64,000 bases of DNA from Chiloscyllium plagiosum (Eukaryota): assembly GCF_004010195.1 (NCBI RefSeq), contig NC_057718.1, forward strand, positions 54,312,972-54,376,971. Reading direction: 5' to 3'. Position 1 is the first letter of the stretch. Every line of letters starts with the position of its first letter. This document shows positions 12,958 through 24,134 of this stretch, one piece after another. The position numbers and the translations under genes were made by a program. Below the pieces are notes generated by a model. It was given only the letters and a program-made list of their open reading frames with translations, had not been told where the DNA came from and ran no database searches.

Positions 12958-14557
12958 AGAGAGATGAGCTGGCTGGAAATACATTATTCACCCAGCCCCT
13001 TTGATTGTTCACAACAAGGTTAATTTTCCCTTGTGCGTACCTTTCTCCCGGAGCTAATTATTGTATGTTTTAACAGAGGCCAATTTAGCCAAAGTCTAAG
13101 CTTATTAGTTATTAAACATGAGAAGAAATAATAACATGCATCCACACAGATTAGAAATGTGCACCAAATCCAGATACACAGATCACTCTCTATCCACTCA
13201 CAAGGAGTAGATCGTGAAACATTGGTAGTTGAGCAATCAATTTCAGGATTCTTAGCTTTACAGGTTAGTTGAAATCCTTTTGCTTTCTTTCCTGTCAACT
13301 GCTTTGCTAATTAATGCAGAGGTGACTAGTGGGTGGTTCTTTAGCTTTGACTTTCAAAGAGAGGTGAGCATTTCACCTTCTGCTGCTAGAACAGCCAGAC
13401 CAAAGGTGAATTGGCTTTTATGCTCTATTCTTCCATAATCTTGAAAGGGAAAGACAGAAAACCTGTCACTTACCCAGACTGATGACTTTTCTCCCATCAT
13501 GTACACAATCTGAGATAACTCTCAGGAAATTGCAGTTCAGTTTGCAGTGCATTTCTTGCCTTTAATGTCCATCACTGAAACTTCCTTGACAACTTGTCAG
13601 GTGTGACATTTCACATTTAAGTATCTCTCTCTTTCTCTTTGTGTGTTTAGGCAACCACAGCATTTGCATCTAAAGTCATTTTGACTCCATCAGTGTTTAA
13701 AAAGCAAATAGTGGAAATAAAATTCAAATTGTCCGTAGGTGATCTAGGGTTATGGTCTGTCGTCATGACACAAATCAATATCCACTTAAGATAGTGAATC
13801 TTGAATGCTATCCAGTTGATCTAGTCCAAGCTTTTGAATGACTTATCTGATATACTGATGTGATATGAATGTGATATTCATTCTGAGGCCTTAAATCCAA
13901 TCTATGTGCGCATATCAGTAAATCTGACAATGAAACTAGAATAATCATCCATAACAAGTGTAACAATATATTCAAAGTGCATTCCAGTCTTAATAACAGG
14001 TTCAAATTCATATCCATTAGACCTGTCACTCAGCATGACTAGAGTGGCAGCCATATTCAAAAGCAATCCCAAGCAATGTTTACTGGATTTGTTTTAAGAG
14101 CAATGGCATGACAAGTATTTATGCAAAAGGATTTGTACTCATAGCTCACAGCTTTCGTGAATGTAAGAGCAACCCTGACACACAGAAGTGATGAACCCTT
14201 ATATTAGTTGCCTTGTCTTATCTATGATTAGTTCTGAATAGCATGAACTGGCCAAATGGTTGGGTAAATTACTACAATTGGTTTAGAGCCAGTTCTTCAC
14301 ACACACAGTAAAGGATTCATTCACATTTGTGAAGACTATACATGAAGCCTTAGACATTTGCAATACAGAGCTATATCATTGCAATCTAGTTCCACCATCA
14401 TCATGTGAATCAGATTTGTTGAACTTAACTACTCAGTAATTTTCGCAATTGACATCAGTTTTAATGACATCCCCTATGCTCAGAAAAGAAAGTGATGTCA
14501 CAGAATCCCTGTTAAGCCCAGCTCTCACAAACATCTTTATTGGCCTCCATAAATAGA

Positions 14558-14897
14558 GTATAGAGTCATAGAGATGTACAGCATGGAAATAGACCTTTCG
14601 GTCCAACTCATCCACGCCGACCAGATATCCCAACCCAATCTACTCCCACCTGCCAGCACCTCGCACATATTCCTCCAAACCCTTCCTATTCACATACCCA
14701 TCCAAATGCCTTTTAAATGTTGCAATTGTACCAGCCTCCACCACTTCCTCTGGCAGCTCATTCCATACACGTACCACTCTCTGCGTGAAAAAGTTGCCCC
14801 TTAGGTCTCTTTTATAACTTTCCCCTCTCACCCTAAACCTAGGCCCTCTAGACCTGAACACCCTGACCCCAGGGAAAAGACTTTATCTATTTATCCT
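14558..14897 (-). mobile_element. CR1 LINE 3' fragment
   Basis: ORF 14640..14861(-) reads FRVRGESYKRDLRGNFFTQRVVRVWNELPEE; reversed tail tagagtcatagag. Confidence 0.93.
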
Positions 14898-14914
14898 TGA
14901 ATAAAAGCAATTAT

Positions 14915-15261
14915 GCTGGCATGGTAGCACTGTGGTTATTACTGCTGCCTCACACCGCCAGAGACCAGGTTCATTTGAAGCCCTGGGCAACTGTGTGAAG
15001 TTTGCATGTTCTCCCTGTGTCTGCATGGGTTTCGTCCAAGTCCTGTTTCTTCCCACAGTCCAAAGACATGTAGGTTAGCTGGATTGGCCATGCTGAGTTA
15101 GCACATAGTGTCCAGGGATTTGGAGACTACATAGATTACCCACGATAAATGCTGGTTTATGGGACATGGTCAGGGGCTAGTTCTGGGTGGATGCTCTTCT
15201 CAGAGTCAGTTCAGATTTGACGGGCAGAATTCCACTTTCCCCACTGTAGGGGATTCTATGA
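14915..15261 (+). mobile_element. HE1-type tRNA-derived V-SINE
   Basis: A-box TAGCACTGTGG, degenerate B-box GGTTCA, V-domain gtttgcatgttctccctgtgtctgcatgggtttc...cccacagtccaaaga, and CR1-like tail gattctatga. Confidence 0.85.
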
Positions 15262-16235
15262 CTGAGGAAAAACATAGTCTAGTAAGAAGTATGCCTTCAA
15301 TGGAATGACACCTAACCTCCTACTCCTGGCAGCTTTCTAATATGTCAGTGATATTTTTGCTATATTTGAATCCATGGCTGCATGTAATGATTTTCTTACA
15401 TGTCTTAATGGGTTCTATCCTATGCTCAAATTTACCCTTGAAAAGAAGCAGTCAAATAAGCTGCATTACCAGATTTTCTAGTAGAGATATTGGCCAGGTT
15501 TCTCAATTACTGTCTATAATGAACCTACCTTCACTGGTCAAAATATAAATCAAGATTCCTACAGTTCCATGAACTATGAGATTGGCCTAATGGTACATTG
15601 TAGCTAAGGCTTGTTCATTTTGCAAGCTTGATGCTGAAAATCAGCCACTTCAGAGCCATCCTACAGGGTAATGGCTGCCCTGATTAGGTCGTTTCATACT
15701 GTATATTGTACAAACTTATGAACAAGCAAAAATCTGTATTGGCTGAAAAGTACCCAGCATGGAAGGGTCAGGTATCTCAAATACATTGAGTAACAAGTGA
15801 AAGTAGATGGTTTACCCTGGTATTCTGTAGTAGCAAGACAATGGTATTTCCACCAGCAAGATCTTTCATCAAGTCAAAAAGGTGTGCTGTCTACGCCACA
15901 AATGAGTAATGTGACAGATGAATATCAGTGCCAATGTGATGCCAGATGTGCATGTCATAAGTCCCAAAGATGGGCAGGTTATATCAAACAGCATATCCTA
16001 ACTGTTATTCACAGCACAAAAGGTAACCAACTGGCCCATGCTTTCAAAACTCACAATGCAATGCTTCAAAGTTTGATATTACTTCATGATTGGACAGCAT
16101 TTACTAAATAATGATGTTGACAACCAATTTAGAATTGTCTGTCAAATTTGTAATGTGGTGCACTTGTATTTACTGGAAATTAATGTACTAATGCACAAAG
16201 CTCTGTTTTTTTGCAGATGTTCTCTACAGATCTTT

Positions 16236-16436
16236 TCAGTCCAAAGATGTATAGGCTAGGAGAATTGGCCATGCTAAATTGTCCTGCAGTGTCCAGGATT
16301 GTGCAGGGTGGTGGGTTAGCTATGGTAAATGTGGGACTACAGGAATATAATGGGTGAATGGTCTTCAGAAGGTCAGTGCAAACTCGATGGGCTGAGTGGC
16401 CTCTATCTGAACTGTAGAGTTTCTATAATTCTATGA
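16236..16436 (+). mobile_element. HE1-type SINE, 3' half
   Basis: cagtccaaagatgtataggctaggagaattggccatgctaaattg is homologous to 15056-15105; tail ttctataattctatga. Confidence 0.75.
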
Positions 16437-16632
16437 GTCAATGATTTTATGATGCTGTGAATATGTACACACTGTTATAACTCAATAAAATAGATGACAG
16501 CCATTCGCTGATCTGTTTCTTAGGGAAATGTATTAATCAATCAGTCAACCTGTCTTGTTTAGAAATTAAACAAAATTTGACAGTTAACTACTAGTCATCG
16601 CTAACTTGTGAATTCTCATAGCATCATTGAGC

Positions 16633-17550
16633 CATAGAGTCATGGAGATGTACAACACGGAAATAGACCCTTCGGTCCAACTCATCCATGCCATCCAGAT
16701 ACCTAACCCAATCTAGTCCCACCTGCCAGCACCCGGCGCATATCCCTCCAAATCCTTCCTATTCATATACCCATCCAGATGCCTTTTAAATGTTGCAATT
16801 GTACCAGCCTCTGTCACTTCCTCTGGCAGCTCATTCCATACATGTACCACCCTCTGCACATAAAGGTTGCCCCTCAGGTCTCTTTTATATCTTCCCCCTC
16901 TCACCCTAAACCTATGCCCTCTAGTTCTGGATTCCCCAACCCCAGGGAAAAGACTTTGCCTATTCACCCTATCCATGCACCTCATAATTTTGTAAATCTC
17001 TATAAGGTCATCCCTCAGCCTCCGACGCTCCAGGGAAAACAGCCCCAGCGTATTCAATCTCTCCCTATAGCTCAAATCCCCCAACCCTGGCAACATCCTT
17101 GTAAATATTTTCTGAATCCTTTCAAGTTTCACAACATCTTTCCATTAGGAAGGAGATCATAATTGCATGAAATATTCCAACAGTGGCCTAACCAATGTCC
17201 TGTACAGCTGCAACATGACTTCCCAACTCCTGTACTCAATACTCTGACCAATAAAGGAAAGCATACCAAATGCTGCCATCACTATCCTATCTACCTGTAA
17301 CTCCACTTTCGAGGAGCTATAAACCTGCACTCCAAGGTCTCTTTGTTCAGCAACACTCCCTAGGACCTTACCATTAAGTGTTTAAGTCCTGGTAAGATTT
17401 GCTTTCCCAAAATACAGCACTTCATATTTATCTAAATTAAACTCTATCTTCCACTTCTCAGCCCATTGGCCCATCTGAACAAGATCCCATTTTAATCTGA
17501 GGTAACCTCCTTCACTGTTCATTACACCCCTAATTTTGCTGTCATCTGCA
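16633..17550 (-). mobile_element. CR1 LINE 3' ~0.9 kb
   Basis: ORF 16713..17132(-) reads KLERIQKIFTRMLPGLGDLSYRERL...RTRGHRFRVRG; closely similar to 1030-1900. Confidence 0.95.
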
Positions 17551-17700
17551 ACAACTCTACCAATCAGAGTTCACCCGCCAACCAATTAGCAGTCTCTTCC
17601 TATTTATTTTGAAACACTTGTTTTATCTTACAGTGGAATATTTTGTGAATTGTTTTGATTGGTGCAAGATGAAAAGCAGTCTTTTTTCAGTAAGTCTCAA
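17551..17700 (+). mobile_element. Decayed terminal repeat of a probable PLE family (CCAAT-containing)
   Basis: ctaccaatcagagttcac...aaccaattagc is the reverse complement of 58940-58980, which lies next to a PLE RT relic. Confidence 0.4.
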
Positions 17701-19074
17701 ATTCAGTACTACCACACTATTTCTCACTTTGTTTAACATATGGGACTAAACTTTCAACACTTAAAAAAGCCTTTGCCTTACTTATTCTTGCTGACTGACT
17801 TCATATTTTATTATACAGAGCCTTTGGCCTGGATTAATGCTAATAAAGAATCACTCAAAAAATTACCAAGCTTGGCCTGCTGTAGCTGGAGCAAAGACTA
17901 CTCAGCAAGAACATAATCCAAAAAACTATACTGTCAACATTAAAAACACATAGTTCAATGAAACTGAACTAATGCCTATCTACACCCAGCGGCAAGCATG
18001 CAAACTCTTTCACTAGCACTAAAAATGCAGACTTCGCAGAGATAAGACGATGGCTGTTCTCCAATTCCATTTGTTATGGCAGTCAGGATGAAGCTTGTTA
18101 AATCCAGTCTGCTTTAGAGAGTGTGTTAATATTTTCAAATTTCTCCTTCACAGCAAAGCTTCATGAATAAGCATGATAGATAAATATTTCCACCAAGTTA
18201 ACAATACTCAGAGACACCTAACAACGTTTCAGTTCATTGTCTATATAGTTGTCAGACTTTAGGATTACATTGTGGAATATGAGCCTAAAAACTGAAATTG
18301 TTTACACGTACATTAAAATATTAGACAAAGGGCATATGAACATATTAATTATTTACATGCTAGTACCTTCTGTTTCTTCATGTACCATTCTCCCAGGGTT
18401 GCTAATCATGGCTTAATGCACAATAGGACAAGATGAGGATGTAGACATTAAGATCCCTGTCTGCTTGGAAAGGATTCATATCACATCATGGCATTAATCT
18501 GCAATACATTTGAACCACCTAAGCTAACTGAGCTGTCTGCCAGTACTTTTAAATGATTACCATTTTTGTTGTATGTCCTAAGTAATTAATAGATAGCCAT
18601 GGTAAGACTCATCACATTATTCACAATACTGGAAGATGGTTCTGCACATGCATTTAAATGAAGCATTTTGTATGACTATTAGTAGCATTGCATTAAAGCT
18701 AGTTGTTGTGCACCAACTCAGATGAAGTTCTGTAATTTCATGGTCCTGCTAATTGGAAGCATGTTGAGTAAAATATTACAGCTGCTGGACATCCAGAGAG
18801 CAGGAGAAACTGTACACAGAACCTGAAAGTAATGATGCTGAATATGCATTTTCAAAGCCCACTCTAGAAATAAAATTCAGAACTTATTTTTATTGTTGAT
18901 GCTGCTGCATCAGTTCCTGATATCTTAAAGAGAGAGTAGAAAAAGACACTAATTCACATTCCTTGTCCAAAACTGGTCTGAAACTGACTAGTTATTACAA
19001 TAACGGTATTCTAATATTAGGTGAAGTTAGTGGTATTGTGGAATACGTCCTGTTACCTGGCCATTGGTAGTAGG

Positions 19075-20487
19075 AAGACTGGAGGTTCGCTAAGTTTGTG
19101 CCTTTATTTAAGAAAGGCTGCAAACAGAAGCCTGGGAACTGTAGACCTGTGAATATGACATCAGTGGTGGGAAAGTTATTGAAGAGAATTATGAGGGAGA
19201 GGATTTACATGCATTTGGAGAAGCAAGGACTGATTGGAGATAGTCAGCATGCCTTTGTGCTTTGGAAATTTGATTGAGTTTTTTGAGGATGTGACCAAAA
19301 AAATATATGAGGCCAGAGTGGTAGATGTTGTCCACATAGACATTAAAAGGCATTCTACATGGTAGACTGGGTAGTAAAGTTACATCACATGGGATTCAGC
19401 AAATGCTTGCCAATTGGATACAAAATTGATTTGACTGTAGGAGACAGAGGATGATAGTGGAGGGTATTTTTCAGACTGGAGGCCTGTGACCAGCAGTGTT
19501 CCACAGGAATTGATGTTGGGTCCATTGTTGTTTGTCACTAATATAAACAAATTGGATGAGAATATAGGAAGCATGGTTAGTAAGTTTGTGGCTGACACCA
19601 AACTTGATGGTTTGGTAGACAGTGAGGAACGTTATCTAAGATTACAAAGGGATCTTGATCAACTGAGACAATGGGTCAAGTAGTGGAGATAGAGTTTAAT
19701 GTAGACAAATGTTAGATGTTGCATTTTGGTAAGACAAACAAGGGCACAGTAAATAAGTGTTGTAGAACAGAGAAACCTAGAGATTCAACTGTAGAGTTCC
19801 TTCAAATTGGTGTCACAGTTGGAGAGAGTAATAAAGAAGGTATTTGGAATGTTTGTCTTCATAGCTTAGACTATTGAATTTAGGAGTTGGGACATCATGT
19901 TGGAGTTGTATAGAACTGTGGTGAGACCACTTTCGGAGTACTGTGTACCATTCTGGTCATACTGTTTTAGGAAGGACATTATTAAATAGGAGAGGGTGCA
20001 GAGATGATTTAGAAATATGTTACCAGGATTGAAGGGTTTAATTTTTAATGAGAGGCTGGATAAGCTGGGACCTTTTTTCACTAGAGCATAGAAGATCGAG
20101 AGATGACTTTACAGATGTTTATAAAAGCATGAGAGGCATAGATTAGGTAAATAGCAAAGATGTTTCCCTTATGGTAGGGAAGTTCAAAATTAGAGGGCAT
20201 AATATTAAGGTGAGAGGAGAAAGGTTTAAAGGGGGCCTGAGGGACAACCTTTTCACACAGAGGATAGTTTGTATGTGGAATGAACTGTTAGAGGAAGTGG
20301 TAGATACAGATACAGATACAGATACAACATTTAAGAGACATTTGGATAGATACATGAATAGTAAAGGTTTAGAGGGATATGGGCCAAGTGCAGGCAAATG
20401 GGACTAATTTATTATGCCAACTTAGTCAGCATGGACTAGTTGGACTGAAGGGTCTGTTTCCCTGCTATATGATTCTATGGCTCTATG
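19075..20487 (+). mobile_element. CR1 LINE ORF2 RT and 3' end; decayed
   Basis: SVPQELMLGPLLFVTNINKLDENIGSMVSKFVADTK; IRGHNIKVRGERFK...FTQRIVCMWNEL; tail gattctatggctctatg. Confidence 0.93.
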
Positions 20488-20659
20488 AAAACAAAACTAA
20501 TCTGTAAAAAGAACTTATCAAAAGTCTTAAAAGCATCTGTCCAAATGAATTTTCAAATTGACTTTCAAAGTATTTTCCTTTCACTCATACTTTTTAAATA
20601 TTTGAAATGAATCTATCTAGGATGTTAAAAAAAATGCAATTGTTTGCTCTTTCACTCTG

Positions 20660-20790
20660 TGTTGTGATTTGGAGGTTCTGGTGTTGGACTGGGGTAGACA
20701 TAGTCAGAAATCAGACCACACCAGGTTACAGTTCAACAGGTTTATTTGAAATCACAAACTTTCGGAGTGCTACTCCTTCATCAGGTGAAA
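20660..20790 (-). mobile_element. Solo PLE pLTR (GGAG-stem family) with hammerhead motif at 20752-20788
   Basis: Minus strand reads TCAC-CTGATGA-a-GGAG-tagca-CTCC-GAAA-GTTT-GTGA, with a perfect 4-bp stem I and 4-bp stem II. Homologous to 22975-23098 and 40116-40326. Confidence 0.75.
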
Positions 20791-21647
20791 TCCTTCTGAC
20801 TCTGTATGTTGACACAGCCCTGAAGGTTATCATTACCAAAATAGTGGCAAATGACTGATCTCGCAACCTTCAATTATCATAATGGAGTACTTGCCATTTC
20901 ACAGTCTGACTAACAGCTCCAAATGGTTATAGATTCTTTGAAGTGGGACTATTAATTCCAATGCTTATCTTCTTAAGGGACTAAAGCACTTGTATAAAAT
21001 ATTAGGTTTTTTTTAATAATGTAGTTGAAGGACTGTAAATGGAATGAATGGATTTTTATAATGAGAGTGCTTGTTTAAAGTAAATTCGGAAGTAGACACT
21101 TAAACTTTATTTTATTTACCCAGCATGGGCCCTGAATCACCCTTACTGTGTGAGTTAGTGTTGTTGGTATAAGGGCAAAGGATAGTGAGTGGAGGAAATG
21201 GGTTGGTATGTGTTGGCACCATGTTGGCATAGAGACTATGAAAGGCTAAGGCACATAGGTTGTGGCACATAGGTTGACATGGAACATATGAGGGGAATTG
21301 GAGTTGGGAGAGAGGCAGATATTGACATTGAGGGACTGAGGGGGCCCATGAAGTGGTTATGGGCCATGACAATGTACGATGTGGGCAATGTCTATGGAAT
21401 GGGAGGTTGTGAGGAAAAAGGATGGGATGAGAGGTGTGCTGTTTTAGGTTTTATTGCTTCCTTGCAACTTTGACACAATACCCAAATGCTGAAACAGGCC
21501 TTCCGGATCATATAGCCTCTGCACGTTTTCCAGTGTTACCCAATCCAATTCACAGACAGTGCAACAACCCAGATCACAAATCCCACTTTTGTAGCATTTT
21601 TCCCACAGTCAGGGCTATGGATTCAAGGAAGATTCCAGAAAGCATCC

Positions 21648-21797
21648 GGACGGGTATATGAACAGGAAGGGTTTAGATGGATATGGGCCACATGCTGGCA
21701 AATGGGACTAGTTTAGGTTAGGATATCTGGTCTGCATGGACAAGTTGAACCAAAGGGTCTGTTTCATGCTATACATCTGTATGACTCTAAGACTCTA
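21648..21797 (+). mobile_element. CR1 extreme 3' fragment
   Basis: ggacgggtatatgaacaggaagggttta...tatgactctaagactcta. Confidence 0.85.
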
Positions 21798-22740
21798 AAT
21801 GCACAATGTACTTCACATACATAAACAAAGTCAATGCAAAATTATTCAGAAGTTGAGAAAGTAATGTTAGCCAACACATATGGTGTTACACAATTTCACG
21901 GTGGTTTGTATTGTAGGAAACTCAATTTTGAAGTGACCACTATGCCCTTATGGTCATGTTTGGTTCATAAAAAGGGGAGACATGCTTTATGGTTTTCTAC
22001 ACCATCCTTCGTGACATAAAACACAAAGAATCAGAGTTTGTTGAGATAGGTTTCTTGAAGTTTATTAACAACAATAACAATTTACACACCAAATCAAAGA
22101 CTCACACACATGATAGGCTATTTGTCAACAAGTTCAACCCAAGGGTTTGTATTGGCATTTATGATAAATAACGCCAATGCATGGGATGTCAGACCTTTGG
22201 TACACTATGATTATCTTGTGTAGATTACATCATGCTATGCCAGTTTCCTGAGTATATCTCTTGTGAGATGCATGGAAAAATTAAATTAGCATTGGTAATT
22301 TTACCCTAAGTTCATATTGTCCATTTGTTTTGAGGGAGATAACTTGTTTGAAGGTAGAGACTTCAGGTTTTCTGACAATGACCATGTGAGGGTTTGTTAC
22401 AATCATCACATGTACTGTCTGACTGGAGTCTGCAAGTGCTCTGCAAGCTGCAACATCACGATTGTCTCGAGGAAATTATTGACATGCTTGTGTGTCGCAG
22501 ATGGAATTCTGGGAGCTTCCTTGACATTGTTTCTTGGATGGCTCTTCTTCACAAGCTACTGCAGAGTGTGATGTCATGGCTTGGTTTTTTGACTTGTGAT
22601 TGGCTTTCTTATCTTTACTGTCCTCTTGTATAACACGGTTTCCATGTGACACAAAATTCCATGCACTATCTTAGTTGTTGAAACAAGCCACATATAGTAC
22701 AGATTTAAATATTCCTCTGAACCTGTTCATGGCTGCAGTA

Positions 22741-23215
22741 GAATCACAGAATCATAGAATCAAATGATACAAAAGAGGCCCTTTGACCAACATCAACAAC
22801 CACCACTACCACCTCCCTCCCCCTGGGCCTGACAGACAGTCCATACCCCTCACCCTCCTCTGAGTGAAAAATATTTTCCTCAAGTCCCCTCTAAAGCTCC
22901 TGCCTTTCACTTTAAAATTATGCCCCCTAGTTACTGACCCTTCAACTGAGGGGAACAGCTGCTTCAATTCACTCTTTTGGAGGAGCCAGTGTTGGACGGG
23001 GTGAACAAAGTTAAAAATCACACAACACCAGGTTATCGTCCAACAGGTTTATTTGGAAGCACTAACTTTCGGAGCGCTGCTCCTTCATCAGGTGGTTCCC
23101 CCCCTTCAACCTTCTCTGCATCAAAGAAAACAACCTTATCCAGTCTCACTTCACAGCTGAAATGTTCCATTCCAGGCAATATCCTGATGAATCTGTTTTG
23201 CATCCCAACCTGTGT
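22741..23215 (-). mobile_element. CR1 3' fragment interrupted by a PLE pLTR
   Basis: QLFPSVEGSVTRGHNFKVKGRSFRGDLRKIFFTQ and QNRFIRILPGMEHFS lie on either side of 22975-23098. Confidence 0.8.
22975..23098 (-). mobile_element. Solo PLE pLTR with hammerhead motif at 23060-23094
   Basis: Minus strand reads CAC-CTGATGA-a-GGAGC-agc-GCTCC-GAAA-GTTA-GTG. Confidence 0.8.
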
Positions 23216-24134
23216 AATAGTTTGTCCAGAGACAGGCACATGACGATGTTGCTGGACTGCTACAACCATATGAACTTGTGTCTTTCTTCAAGGAATAAAC
23301 TGAAGCTCTGACAGAATATCAATGGATCATCACTCCATGATTTGATTTTTATGTGTCACTTTATTCTCCCTAAAATGTCAGGAAAAATCCATATAACATT
23401 ATAATTTTGTTTTCTGTATTTCCTTCTTATCGGTTGTCGCAGCTTTAAGAATTGCCGCTGCTTGTTTAGAAGTTGCACATTTGTGCCTGTAGGTGGCATT
23501 TGCACCCCAGAAAGAGTCAGTTGTGACATTACATGTCTTCTTGTCTTCGCACCTTTTCTGAGGGGCGAGATGACAGAAGTGAGAGACAGTAGAGAACTGG
23601 TGAGCTTTTTTGAGATGTAAAAGTATGTTTTTCCTCTTCTTTCCTTAAGAGTTAGCTGGATAAACTGGAGCTGCCTCTTCTACACCATTTAATAGACTTT
23701 TTTAAAAATTGGAGCTATTCTGAGCTTCTTGTAAGCAGCCTGTTTTCTGAAAAAGAGAGGGTTTAGAGCATTCACTGTGCTTTAGTAAAGGTTTGTAGCC
23801 TTTAGTTTTGATTGTAGCTGCACTATAGTTCTGAACTTGGGCAAATCAATGGATGGTTATTAGAAAACAAAAGACTTTGTATAATTGTCATGCTCCTGTC
23901 ACCTTCTCAGCTTTCAGTGTCCACTGAATTCCACTAGCTAGCTGTCATGACTAACTTTTAGTGCCCATTTACTGCCATCATGATGCACTTTGTGGATTTC
24001 TATATGCTAGCAGATGAAACATAGACCACAAAGAGTCATGTTCTTGTTGTGAAAGATGTTCTGAAATTTATTAATAACAATATTTGCACAGCTACCATAT
24101 CACAGGTTCACATACCCAATGTGCTGTGCTTACC

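Noticed and set aside
14915..14985. tRNA gene (also at 26811, 34820 and 39950)
   Set aside because: The A/B boxes lead into SINE bodies, and no complete cloverleaf or acceptor stem is present.
17819..17953. Possible exon after ttatacag with 44 open codons
   Set aside because: Weak pyrimidine tract, no recognisable protein, and a length expected by chance.
21120..21640. GT-rich segment resembling a non-autonomous DNA transposon
   Set aside because: I could not identify matching TIRs or a TSD.
21965..22700. Possible Gypsy 3' end plus LTR on the minus strand (IVRKPE-like motif, AATAAA, PBS-like TGGTGTAGAA)
   Set aside because: The purine tract is on the opposite strand, and there is no partner LTR or TSD; too decayed to support.
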